A stretch of 64,000 nt of DNA from Macrostomum lignano (Eukaryota), in assembly GCA_002269645.1 (NCBI GenBank), contig NIVC01000085.1, positions 124,001 through 188,000 on the forward strand, given 5' to 3'. Positions within the stretch are counted from its first letter, which is position 1. Each line of letters begins with the position of its first letter. The notes under the pieces are model-generated. The model worked only from the letters and a program-made list of their open reading frames with translations. It was not told the origin of the DNA and ran no database searches. Below, one piece after another: positions 27,005 to 40,500 of this stretch. The translations under genes and the position numbers were made by a program.

Positions 27005-27706
27005 ATTGGGTGTCAGCATGTCAGATGGGGCGCCAACTCGAGTGTCAGCAGATCAGATGGGGCGCCAACTCCAGTGTCAGCATGTCAGATGGGGCGCGCC
27101 AACTCGAGTGTCAGCATGTCAGATGGGGCGCCAACTCCTGTGTCAGCAGGTCAGATGGGGCGCCAACTCCAGTGTCAGCATGTCAGATGGGGCGCGCCAA
27201 CTCGAGTGTCAGCATGTCAGATGGGGCGCCAACTCCTGTGTCAGCAGGTCAGATGGGGCGCCAACTCCAGTGTCAGTATGTCAGATTGGGCGCGGCAACT
27301 CCAGTGTCAGCATGTCAGATGGGGCGCCAACTCCAGTGTCAGCATGTCAGATGGGGCGCCAACTCCTGTGTCAGCATGTCAGATGGGGCGCCAACTCCTG
27401 TGTCAGCATGTCAGATGGGGCGCCAACTCCAGTGTCAGTATGTCAGATTGGGCGCGGCAACTCCAGTGTCAGCATGTCAGATGGGGCGCCAACTCCAGTG
27501 TCAGCATGTCAGATGGGGCGCCAACTCCTGTGTCAGCATGTCAGATGGGGCGCCAACTCCAGTGTCAGCATGTCAGATGGGGCGCCAACTCCTGTGTCAG
27601 CAGGTCAGATGGGGCGCCAACTCCAGTGTCAGTATGTCAGATTGGGCGCGGCAACTCCAGTGTCAGCATGTCAGATGGGGCGCCAACTCCAGTGTCAGCA
27701 TGTCAG
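27005..27706. repeat. 32-bp minisatellite (TGTCAGCATGTCAGATGGGGCGCCAACTCCAG)n
   Basis: About 21 units, some of 34 bp. Confidence 0.95.
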
Positions 27707-28591
27707 AGCCATAATTCAGGTTAGTGGACTAAGATAAAAAGTACAATTCTAGGCGGAACGCAAGTAAAGGCTAAGGGAAACGGATCGAGATTTGCATTGC
27801 GGTATTTCTCTGGATAGAAAATCTCTACATTCTGCTCCATAGCCATGAGCCACAGCACTGCATGGGGGCTTTCATGTCCCGGCACACGTGTGTCACACCG
27901 CGCACTGCACAGGAGCTACCGCTGAAATTGCAGTCAGACAGATTGAGGGTAGAAATTTTTTGGAAGAATTTCCAATTTATTGATCCAACGCCTGGGCTTA
28001 TGCAGTGGCTTATGCTCAAATCCTGATTGCTGCTCTGTGTTGAAAGGAATTGTATGGTCGCTTCAAAACTGATACAGAACGCTCCGTATTAATTTTAGTT
28101 AACAATGATTGATGTGTGCGACTTCTGTCAAACACACAACTCTCCAATAAAAATCGATATCATTGCTGCTTCCGGACTCCAGGACCAGCAAAAAAGTTTA
28201 GTTTTCTATAATTTTTGTTGGTGGTAGGAAATAGTTTCTGGCTCTGGGAAGAACTGTACTGCACATAGCTTTTCGAAGCGTATTTGAAATCTTTCCCAAC
28301 TGCATGGCTGGCATGGGGTTGCGGGGAAAGCGGAACAGCTGAGCAATACACAGAACTCTGCACCAATCCTGCTCCCTCCTGCGTCCGTTGTGTTTTCCCA
28401 TACAGATTGGGATAAAAATGCATATGTAACAAAGTGTGTGAGTGAGTATAGACTCAGACAGCTCATTCCAGCACTGGAACTCACTCACTTTCATACTCGT
28501 ATAGAATAAAAAGTGAAAGTAAGAAACCACCGAGAGCTCTGATCGAATTTATTTTGTTCATTTGAGAGTCGGATTTGAAAGAATTGAAAGC

Positions 28592-31500
28592 ATGTCGGAG
28601 ACCAGCTCGGTGTCCATGCCAATGGACACATACGGCAGTATTAATGGCGGCTCCAGCAGCGATAGAGCCAAGCTGATGCCGACTAAGGTAACTCAATGAT
28701 TGAATGTTTTCTTTCACTACTGAGCCATAGAGACACAAATCTAATGTGGCGCCACTGAGACACAAATCTAATGTGGAGCCATAGAGACACAAATCTAATG
28801 TGGCGCCACTTAGACACAAACCTAATTTGGTGCCACTGCGACACAGTTCTAATGTGGCGCCATTGAGACACAACCGTAATGTGGCGCCACTTAGACACAA
28901 ATCTAACGTGGCGCCACTTAGACACAAATCTAATGTGGAGCCACTGAGACACAAATCTAATGTGGAGCCACTGAGACACAACCGTAATGTGGCGCCACTG
29001 AGACACAAATCTAATGTGGCGCCACTGAGACACAAATCTAATGTGGCGCCACTGAGACACAAATCTAATGTGGCGCCACTGAGACACAAATCTAATGTGG
29101 CGGTACTTAGACACAAATCTAATGTGGCGCCACTGAGACACAAATATAGTGTGGCGCCACTGAAACACAAATCTAATGTGGCGCCACTGAGACACAAATC
29201 TAATGTGGCGGTACTTAAACACAAATCTAATGTGGCGCCACATTACAAGTTGGTGCCACACTAGATTGGCGCCACAATTAACTTTGGTCACTCATAACAC
29301 CCAGCTACTTGTCCTTTGTTCGTCAAGATTTCAATTCCATCCAACTCAGCAAAGTTCCGTGTAACAAAAATCTGAGCTCTGTTGCTGGATCTGGTCTGTA
29401 TAAGGGAATTAAGATTTTTAAAGTACATCCGTGTATGTCGGCGCCATTCACTGGCTCAAGCGTATGGTTAGGCTTGATTGAGACTTTGGTATCTTGAGTA
29501 GACTTCTTAGAGAGTTAAGCTGTGGGGAGGTTGGTGAGGAAATGCAAGCATAAATTACCTGAAACTTGCAGTTACCTGCATTAGAGCCGAAAGTGTGATA
29601 CTTCAGTATGCTTTCCAATGCTTAGTTACTGATGCAAGGTGTACTTGGAACATTCCTCACAGCAACAAGAAAGTTGCCAGTCCTGAGATCAGGACCAGAT
29701 CTCAGATAATACCAGAAGATTAGATTTGTTAGTATTGGATCTACAAAGAGATTAGATCTGTAGATCTGTAGGTTTATCTACTCTGAGATTGGATCTGTCA
29801 GGTAGATCTACTACATGATATTAGATATGCAAGGTAGATCTACTATATGAGATTAGATTTGAGGTAAATCTACTCTGAGATTCAGATCTTGTAGGTATAG
29901 ATAGACTATATGAGATTAGATCTGTAAAATATATCTACTATATGAGATTAGATCTGTAAGATAGATCTACTATATGAGATTAGATCTGTAAGATAGATCT
30001 GCCATATAAGATTAGATCTGTAAGATCGATCTACTATATGAGATTAGATTTTTAGGTAAATCTACTCTGAGATTCAGATATTGTAGGTTTAGATAGACTA
30101 TATGAGATTGGAGCATGAGACTATATCTAAGATTAGATTTTAGGAGTGCTATATTTCTCTTTGTTTTCTGTTTCCTGTTGCTGAAACCACCTTTTTCACG
30201 ATTAATCTCAAAAACAGTTTCTTTAAAGAAACACTGCTCAAATCTCAGAGCCGCCCAGACGAGCCGGAGGCCTGCGACGACGGCGTGGGAGATCGCGGCC
30301 TCGGCTTGCTGGCCCAGTCTCGGTCCCAGCGCCGGCTCGAGTCCGGCTGCTACTTTGCCGACGGTGTTCGACGAGTTGGTGAGTGCCGGGTTTGGGTTTA
30401 GGGTTTTATGGGTTAGGGTTTAGGGTTTAGGGCTTAGGGTTTAGGGTTTTATGGGTTAGGGTTTAGAGTTTTATGAGTTAGGGTTTAGGGTTTTATGGGT
30501 CAGGGTTTAGGGTTTAGGGCTTAGAGTTTAGGGTTTTATTGGTTAGGGTTTAGGGTTTTATGAGTTAGGGTTTAGGGTTTTATGAGTTAGGGTTTAGGGT
30601 TTTATGAGTTAGGGTTTAGGGTTTTATGAGTTAGGGTTTAGGGTTTTATGGGTCAGGGTTTAGGGTTTTATGAGTTAGAGTTTAGGGTTTTATGAGTTAG
30701 GGTTTAGTGTTTTATGAGTTAGGGTTTAGGGTTTTATGAGTTAGGGTTTAGGGTTTTATGGGTCAGGGTTTAGGGTTTTATGAGTTAGAGTTTAGGGTTT
30801 TATGAGTTAGGGTTTAGTGTTTTATGAGTTAGGGTTTAGGGTTTTATGAGTTAGGGTTTAGGGTTTTATGAGTTAGGGTTTAGGGTTTTATGAGTTAGGG
30901 TTTAGGGTTTTATGAGTTAGGGTTTAGGGTTTTATGAGTTAGGGTTTAGGGTTTTATGGGTCAGGGTTTAGGTTTTTATGAGTTAGGGTTTAGGGTTTTA
31001 TGAGTTAGGGTTCATGGTTTTATGGATTAGGGTTTATTGTTTATGGCTTATTGTTTAAGGGTTAGGGTTTGGAGTTTAGTGGCTAGGTTTTAGGGTTTAG
31101 AGTAAGAGTTTAGGGTCAGGTTTAGGGGTTAGGGTTTAGGGTTTAAGGTTAGGGTTATCGTCATTGTTAAGGGTTTAGGGTTTAGGTTTTATTTTTAAGC
31201 TTTGGGGTCAGGTTTTATGGTTTAGAGTTTAGGGTTATGGTTTAGAGGCTATGTTTATATTTGCAAAGATCTTTGGCCACTGCACTCAAATCAAAGTGAC
31301 AACAGCCAGCAGTCAGACCCCTGAGCACATGATCCTGGTTGATATATTCGGGTTATATTTGTTTAGAGGAATACACGGCCGGACACAACTTTCAACTAAT
31401 TTTCCCATCTCTAATGCTTCTATATTGTATTTTGCCAAAGTTTACAAGTCGCACCAATTATCTTAATGAGGCCGTTGGCACTATCTTTCTGTTTGTACCA

Positions 31501-34500
31501 CAGAGACCAGACTTGGTTATCTTATATAGTCAAAGAAAAGTGATTTGCTAAATTGCAGCAAATTCTCTTCAGTCCTCTCTTTAACCTCGCGCAGACTTTG
31601 TGATCGTGTGGGAGGAGGACCTGCAACGAGCTGACGACGACCCCGAGGACCCCTGGGAGCAGCGCAAGGCCGTTTATCGTCGCAGGTTTGAAGGCAACCT
31701 GAGGAAAGTCGGAGTCCAGATGGAGGAGGTGAGGCTGGCTTATTTATCCAAACAGTTTTCAGGTTTTTAAAGCACTTGAGCTCTATAGTTGTGAGCAGAC
31801 CCCTCTGAGTAGATCTATGCTTCTCTCTCCGGAACTTTCCTGTGTAGAAAGCTGAAATAATTAAAAGCAAACAAAATTCAAGGTTGCAAGCAGATCGTAT
31901 GGATTAAAGTTTAAGTGCAAAGGTTTTTTAGGCCAAGAGGTTTCTGCGATCGATATTTGAGAAAACTGCTGTCAAAGTTTTTTCCTAACGGAGGGCGGAA
32001 GCTCTTGAGTCGGTAGTGAGGGCAAAAGTTCGATAGAATTTGAGTGACATTGAAGACTGTCTTTCCTCCGCAGGCAGTGAAATTACTTCACTTTTATAAG
32101 TACTTTTCTGTGCATGAACTCTCAATGAACCTGGCCAATACCTGCTTCCACAGGAGACCAGCACTAGCGAGAAGAAAAAGATTCACTTTATCAAGCTCTT
32201 CGTGCCCTGGGACGTGATGTGTTACTATGCTGAGGACCTGTGCTTGAGGGCTCCTTTGCAGGTGAGGCTTTAATGAGATTCTTTGTTCGAGAATTAAAAT
32301 ACAAGTAATGTAAGGGCGAGATGTGCGAGAGGAGAAAGGGGAAGGGAAAAGGGTACAGGAAGATGGGAGAGAAGAGAGTGAGAGGAGGGTGAGAGAGAAG
32401 GCTGAGGGGAGGGTGAAAGGAGGCAGAGAGGAGGGTGCGAGGAGCGTGAGAGGAGGGTGAGAGGAGGCAGAGAGGAGGGTGAGATAAGAGTGAGAAGCGC
32501 GTGAGAGGAGGGTGAGAGGAGGGAGAATGGAGAGTGAGTGCAGGAGGGTGAGAGGAGGGTGAGAGGAGGCAGAGAGGAGGGAGAGAGGAGGCAGAGAGGA
32601 GGCAGAGAGGAGGATGAGATAAGAGTGAGAGGAGCGTGAGAGGAGGGTGAGAGGAGGGTGAGAGGAGGGTGAGAGGAGGGAGAATGGAGAGTGAGTGCAG
32701 GAGGGTGAGAGGAGGGTGAGAGGAGGGTGAGATAAGAGTGAGAGGAGCGTGAGAGGAGGGTGAGAGGAGGTAGAGAGGAGGGAGAGAGGAGGGAGAGAGG
32801 AGGGAGAGAGGAGGCAGAGAGGAGGCAGAGAGGAGGGTGAGAGGAGCGTGAGAGGAGGGTGAGAGGAGGGTGAGAGGAGGGTGAGAGGAGTTAGAGAGGA
32901 GGGAGAGTGGAGGGTGAGTGGAGGGCGAGAGAAGAGATAGAGGAGGTTGAGAGGAGGGAGAGAGGAGGCAGAGAGGAGGGTGAGAGGAGGGAGAGTGGAG
33001 AGTGAGTGCAGGAGGGTGAGAGGAGGCAGAGAGGAGGGAGAGAGGAGGGTGAGTGGAGGGCGAGAGGAGGGTGAGAGGAGGGTGAGAGGAGGGTGAGAGG
33101 AGGCAGAGAGGAGGCAGAGAGGAGGGTGAGATAAGAGTGAGAGGAGCGTGAGAGGAGGGTGAGAGGAGGGTGAGAGGAGGGTGAGTGGAGGGAGAGTGGA
33201 GGGTGAGTGGAGGGCGAGAGAAGAGATGGAGGAGGTTGATACATGAGGATCGTACTAGACTATTAGTGGTCCTTAGTGGGGTGAGGGAGAAAGGAGAGAA
33301 GAGGGGAAGAGCAGAGTGAGAGGAGGATGAGTGGAGGTTCGAGAGAAAGAAGAGGTGGACAAGAAGAGATCAGCAAAACAGAAAGGATAACCGAGGTCAC
33401 AGCTTAGCACGGGAAATATACAAATTTATTTATTTATCAGGTGAATTAATCATTTCAAAATATCGTAATAACTACGTATTAGGCAAATTAAGTATTGCTA
33501 CTGGTGCATGAATTGGTGCAAAAGTTGCTTTTATTGCTGGCTGTGGCAACTGGTGATGGTATAAACTTATTTAAATAAACTCAATTTAACCAAAGCAGAT
33601 TTTCTTATGCACTTCTTTTATCTTAAATTTGCAAAGGTTCTGAATGATGTGAGTTCACCAGCTGTCGACAGAACTGCTACTCATAGCATGGTAATGGATT
33701 TTTGTGCCTTTTAGTTCTTCCCTCTTTACTAAAAACTTTTTCTATTATTGTTTGTTTAACTCCTCCGGAATTAAATAAATCGATTTTACTGTAATCTCTT
33801 AGCAGAATAACAAATTATATTTTTGTGTATATATCATTTTACTTCTATAGTAATAAACATGTCCATTGAAATTTTGTATCTAACTCGTTGAAATATGTAT
33901 TATAAGCTGGTAATATTAAGTAGCATTGCTACAGACGTAAATGTTTGTTGTACTTTATTAGATGTTATTGGGTGCTATTTTAGAATCAACGATTGAGAAG
34001 GGCTATTATTAGAAGCATTGATCAGGGGGATACCAAAGCTTATTTTTAGAATTATTGATCGGGGTAATACCGTGGCTATTTTTAGAATCATTGATGATCG
34101 GGGAAATACTAAAGCTATTTTTAGAATCATCGATTGAGAGGAGTTCTAAAGTTTTTTTTAGAATCATCGATTGAGAGCCAAGCTATTTTTAGAATCATCG
34201 ATTAAGAGGAGTTCTAAAGCTATTTTTAGAATCATCGATTGAGAGAAGTTCTAAAGCGATTTTTTAGAATCATTGATGGAGAGCAATTCTGAAACTTTTT
34301 ATAGAATCATAGGGTATTGAAAATGCCAAAGTTAATGGAATAAAGAGGAATTCCGAAGCTACTCATAGAGTGATCGTAAATCACTGGAAGTGTTTTATTT
34401 CCAGATGATTTTGTGGCGCTAGCTATTTTATTCAGAACCAGCGCGTTAGTTTATTTTTCATTGCATATTTTCACGCACTTCTTAATTGCCGTTCATTTGA

Positions 34501-37500
34501 TACTAAATATATTATTGTGTCTGTTGTCTTAGAAACCAGTCTATTATATTTCGATAGTTGGCTTGTGTCGTCATTAGCAACACTTTTATCTGTCTCTTGG
34601 CTAGGCGCACAGCCACCCGGCGGACAACTGGTCTGGCAAGGTGCTAAAGTCGCTGCACATTCCGAACGTCATGGAGCAGCGGGTGCCAAATCAGCCGCTG
34701 GATTATTACACCTGCCCATTCAGGAAGTCCAAGCTCAGCAAGTGAGTTTAGTTCTTAAAATATTTTTACTGAGAGCAGGTGTCAGGTCCGTTTTTATGGG
34801 AAAATCAATGCGTCTTTTAATTACTCAGGTTCCTTGGCAGCGACGATCAAGACACGTACTTTTCGTCCACCCAGCGGCACCAAGTGGCCTATGAGATTCT
34901 CGCCACGCAGGTCTACGGGAAGAGAAAAAGGGCAGAAGTCGGAATTGATCGTCTGCTAGAGGAGGAGGTCTACTCTGGGGCCTTCCCGCTACACGAGGTC
35001 TGTGGCTTGGTTGTCGTATCCCCACATCTCTCCCTGCCCTCTTCCCATTGGCTTTTGTCTCTCTCTACCGCCATCTCACTCCCTGCCCTCTTCTTATTGG
35101 CTGTTGTCTCTCTCTACCGCCACCTCACTCCCTGCCCTCTTCCTATTAGCTGTTGTCTCTCTCTACCGCCACCTCACTCCCTGCCCTCTTCTTATTGGCT
35201 GTTGTCTCTCTCTACCGCCACCTCACTCCCTGCCCTCTTTTTATTGGTTGTTGTCTCTTTCTACAGCCACCTCACTCCCTGAGATCCAAGAGATCGAAAT
35301 TTCGAGTTAACAGCCAGATGATTTTCGATCCCAGTAAAAACTCGTTGAAACACTACGAGTACTGGCCTGTTGCCAGTGTACACTCACTTTTATGACTGAC
35401 ATATGATAAATACTCATTAGAGATCTTGAACTAATTAAAATAACTCAATTAAATCAAACCTAAGGGTCCCTACGAGCTTCCGAAGGACTACCAGCCCGAA
35501 GACTTGAACGCTCGCCAAATTCTAAACGCCTACTGGGCCAAATGGGGCCTGTGGTACAAATACCAGCCGTTGGATCACATTAGAGAGTACTACGGAGAGA
35601 AGATCGGACTGTACTTTGCCTGGCTTGGTAAGAAATCGGATATACTAGTATACTATAGATTATAATAACAAGTAGAAAATCTAAGTACTAAATGTGTACG
35701 TTTAATACGGTTTCGATGTTTCAGGTCTGTACACAGCCTGGCTCCTACCAGCTAGCATTGTTGGCATCATCGTGTTCCTCTACGGCTGCTTCACGTTCAA
35801 GGCCAACGTGCCAGGGTGAGTACAGAGCACGTACGTACGTACCTGTCTGGCTCACTTTGATTGGCTGGCAGATGTCTTGTGTACATTATGTGTACTTTTT
35901 ATAGCAGAAGGTGTCTACCTGTCTTGGAAACGATCGCTGATTGGCTGACGTTTTTGGCTTAGGGGATAGCGTGCCAGTTTGACAACTCTGCAGCCGAGGT
36001 TCGAATCCCGGTCGGGTCAGGATTATTTAGATTTAAAGAAAATATTCAATAGTATTTTAGGCTATCGCTTTGGAAACTGCGCGATCATAGTTGCCTTAAA
36101 GTTCACTCAATGCGAATTTCTCTTCTTAAGAGCCTTCCATATTCTTCGAGTGCCTTCTTCTCCCTCGGGATTCATATATGGTAAGTCGGGAAGTAGGTCT
36201 CAGACCCTCATAAATAATTCATGATCTCAATTTTCTGACTCTTCTGTTGACTCTTCTCATCGAAGCGAAATTGAGCGAAACTCATTGATAACTATATACA
36301 TTATTGATATAGACTACTCAATCTATACATAAATGCAAATTAATGCAAATTATGCTTTGTTGCATAAAGAAGATTTGATATGCGTGTAAAAGACTCCTAA
36401 CATTTCCTAGAAATGGCCCAAAAAAGCATATAACCTTGTTGCTTCAGCCAAACGCTAACCCTAAGCCCTAACCTAAACCCTGACCTAAACCCTAACCTAA
36501 ACCCTGACCTAAACCCTAACCTATACCCTAAGCTAAACCCTAAGCTAAACCCTAACCTAAACCCTAACCTAAACCCTAAGCTAAACCCTAACCTAAACCC
36601 TAAGCTAAACCCTAAGCTAAACCCTAACCTAAACCCTAACCTAAACCCTAAGCTAAACCCTAACCTAAACCCTAACCTAAACCCTAAGCTAAACCCTAAC
36701 CTAAAACCTAACCTAAACCCTAACCTAAACCCTAACCTAAACCCTAACCTAAACCCTAACCTAAACCCTAACCTAAACCCTAACCTAAACCCTAACCTAA
36801 ACGCTAACCTACACCCTAACCTAAACCCTAACCTACACCCTAACCTAAACCCTAACTTGAACCCTAACTTGAACCCTAACCTAAACCATAAACTGAAGCC
36901 TAACCTAAACCCTAGGCTAAACCCTAACCTAAACCCTAACCTAAACCCTAACCTAAACCCTAACCTAAACCCTAACTTGAACCCTAACTTGAACCCTAAC
37001 CTAAACCCTAAACTGAAGCCTAACCTAAACCCTAACCTAAACCCTAAACTGAAGCCTAACCTAAACCCTAACCTAAACCCTAACCTAAACCCTAACCTAA
37101 ACCCTAACCTAAACCCTAACCTAAACCCTAACTTGAACCCTAACTTGAACCCGAACCTAAACCCTAAACTGAAGCCTAACCTAAACCCTAACCTAAACCC
37201 TAACCTAAACCCTAACCTAAACCCTAACCTAAACCCTAACCTAAAGCCTAACCTAAACCCTAACCTAAACCCTAACCTAAACCCTAACCTAAACCCTAAC
37301 CTAAACCCTAACTTGAACCCTAACTTGAACCCTAACCTAAACCCTAAACTGAAGCCTAACCTAAACCCTAACCTAAACCCTAACCTAAACCCTAACCTAA
37401 ACCCTAACCTAAACCCTAACCTAAACCCTAACCTAAACCCTAAACTGAAGCCTAACCTAAACCCTAACCTAAACCCTAACCTAAACCCTAACTTGAACCC

Positions 37501-40500
37501 TAAATTGAAGCCTAACCTAAACCCTAAACTGAAGCCTAACCCTAATCGAACTGTCAGGAACGAGGTCTGCGATAGCAACATGACTTACAAGATGTGCCCG
37601 CTGTGCGACGAGGCCATTGGCTGCAAGTACTGGTACCTGAGCGACATCTGCATGTTCATGCGGATCTCCTATCTGTTCGACCACCCCGGCACCGTGTTCT
37701 ACTCAGTGTTTGTGGCCTTCTGGGGTGAGATGCACTTATTTTGAATGTAACTATAGAAAAAACTGAATATACACACTTTTATCCAACAGATTACTTAAAG
37801 TAGACTAATTTGGCTGAGTTATAAAGCTACTCTTTTTTTCTAGCTGTAACTTTCCTGGAAAACTGGAAACGCAAAAATGCCTCACTGGCGCACCACTGGG
37901 ACGTCATGGACTTCGAAGAGGACGAAGAGCGACCGAGGCCGGAGTACTCAGCGCTTTGCTCCTCGTATGAGCGAAATCCCGTCACGGGGAATCTTGAGCC
38001 GCACTTTCCTAATAGCCTGCGCATTCCTAGAATCATCACCGGCATCACGTGTATTATCATTATGGTAAGTGAAATTATATTATCTATTTCTCCATTAGGC
38101 ATCCCCGTGAGGAGCCTTTTTTATCTCTGAGCGATTCCTTATGAGCGATTCCTTATGAGCGATTCCTTATGAGCGATTCCTTATGAGTGATTCTTTATGA
38201 GCGATTCTCTTTGAGCGATTCGCTATAATCGATTCTCTATGAGCAATAGTCTATGAGCGATTCTCTATGAGCGATTCTCTATGAGCAATAGTCTATGAGC
38301 GATTCTCTATGAAATATAGTCTATGAGCGACTCTCTATGAGCGATTCTCCATGAGCGATTCTCTATTAGCGATTCTCTATGAGCTATGGTGTATGAGCAA
38401 TTCTTGATGGGCAATGTTTCGTGAGCATTTTTATGATCCATTACTTATGAGCGATTGTCTATTACAGGATCTCTGAGCGATTCTATATGAGCCATTCTCT
38501 ATGATTCTCTATCATTATTTATCTCTCATTAGCTTCGCTCATCGGTGATTCTCTCTCAGCAATTTTCTGTGAGAATTTTTTAGGAGTCAATCTTCTTGAG
38601 CGATTTCTTTGTCTTCTACGAGTAATTGAGTTTCTCCCAAAGTGGTTCTCCCTTACGGATTCTCCCTTATGGAATCTCCCGAAGGGATTCTCCCGAAGGG
38701 ATTCTCCCGAAGGGATTCTCCCGAAGGGATTCTCCCGAAGGGATTCTCCCGAAGGGATTCTCCCGAAGGGATTCTCCCGAAGGGATTCTCCCGAAGGGAT
38801 TCTCCCGAAGGGATTCTCCCGAAGGGATTCTCCCGAAGGGATTCTCCCGAAGGGATTCTCCCGAAGGGATTCTCCCGAAGGGATTCTCCCGAAGGGATTC
38901 TCCCGAAGGGATTCTCCCGAAGGAATTTTCCTTGAAGGGATTCTCCCGAAGAAATTTTCCTCGAAAGGATTCTCCCGAAGAAATTTTCCTCGAAAGGATT
39001 CTCCCGAAGGAATTTTCCTCAAAGGGAAGGGATTCCCGAAGGGATTCTCCCGAAGGGATTCTCCCGAAGGGATTCTCCCGAAGGGATTCTCCCGAAGGGA
39101 TTCTCCCGAAGGGATTCTCCCGAAGGGATTCTCCCGAAGGGATTCTCCCGAAGGGATTCTCCCGAAGGGATTCTCCCGAAGGGATTCTCCCGAAGGGATT
39201 CTCCCGAAGGGATTCTCCCGAAGGGATTCTCCTGAAGGGATTCTCCCGAAGGGATTCTCCCGAAGGGATTCTCCCGAAGGGATTCTCCCGAAAAGATTTA
39301 AAACAAGAAGAAAAAAAGAAAAGAAAAAGAAAAAAGAAAAAATTTAGAACGAAGTTTTTCTTCCAGAAATAATTTATTGTATAAAGCAACTCCTGACTAC
39401 AATCTCCCCAGATGGTAATCGTGGTAATATTCATAATCGCCGTCATTATCTACCGGGTGCTGATCGCTATTCCGCTATTTCAAAATCCGCTGCTTCGATC
39501 GCAAGCGTCCACGGTGGCGAGCGGTTCCGCCGCCATTGTCAATCTGATCCTCATCATGAGTCTGGGCAAGGTGTACGAGAAGCTGGCCTACAAACTGACT
39601 CAGTGGGGTAAGCAGTAGCCGAGGGAAATACTTGCGCTATTTATCTAGTTGTAGTGGTTTTATAGACAATTTTATGTAAAATGGGTTTATAGTCTAAAGA
39701 GCTATGCCAAAAGAGTCCCTGAGCTATTTTTAGAATCATAGTGTACAGGGAATCCTTGAGCTATTTTTAGAATCAGTGTACCGAGAATCACTGAGCTATT
39801 TTTAGAATCAGAGAGTACAGGAAATCTCTCAGCTATTTTTAGAATCCGAGTGTATAGGAAATCCCTTAGCTATTTTTAGAACCAGAGTGTACAGAGAATC
39901 CCTGAGCTATTTTTAAAACCAGTGTACAGAAAATCCCAGAGCTATTTTTAGAATCATAGTGTACAGGGAATCCTAAGCTATTTTTAGCATCATAAGTGTA
40001 CTGGCCTCGCTCGCAGAGATGCACCGCACGCAGACGGAGTTCGAGGACCAGCTCATCCTGAAGGTGTTCATCTTCCAGTTTGTCAATTTCTACTCGTCAA
40101 TTTTTTACATCGCATTCTTCAAGGGAAAGTGAGTTCGGATTTTGTTCAATCATGACTTTAATTATCAGAGTAGTAAAGCATAAAGCTAATCCATACTATC
40201 GTACCTGTGCAGGTTCACCGGTTACCCGGGAAGGTACATTAAGTTCTTTGGCCTGCGCAACGAGGAATGCGACAACGGCGGCTGCCTGATCGAGCTGGCC
40301 CAGCAGCTGGCCGTGATCATGATCGGCAAGCAGATCATCAACAACTGCCAGGAGGTTTTCCTGCCGTGAGTGGGGCTTTGGACTTAGCTGCTGCGCATTC
40401 GGTTTAAGAGACAGGAACGGAGATTGCGTGGGGAGGGAGGGTGGGACTGAGAGGGTTGAGAGAGGAAGGGAGGGTGAGGGAGAGAAGGTGAGGCAAGAGA

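Noticed and set aside
32074-32153. Strong-looking upstream acceptor ctttcctccgcag for anoctamin exon 4
   Set aside because: Would add 80 nt and shift the frame; the 32154 acceptor fits homology.
30385-37545. Head-to-head telomere fusion (TTAGGG array then CCCTAA array)
   Set aside because: The arrays have different units and are separated by six in-phase anoctamin exons, so this is not a fusion junction.
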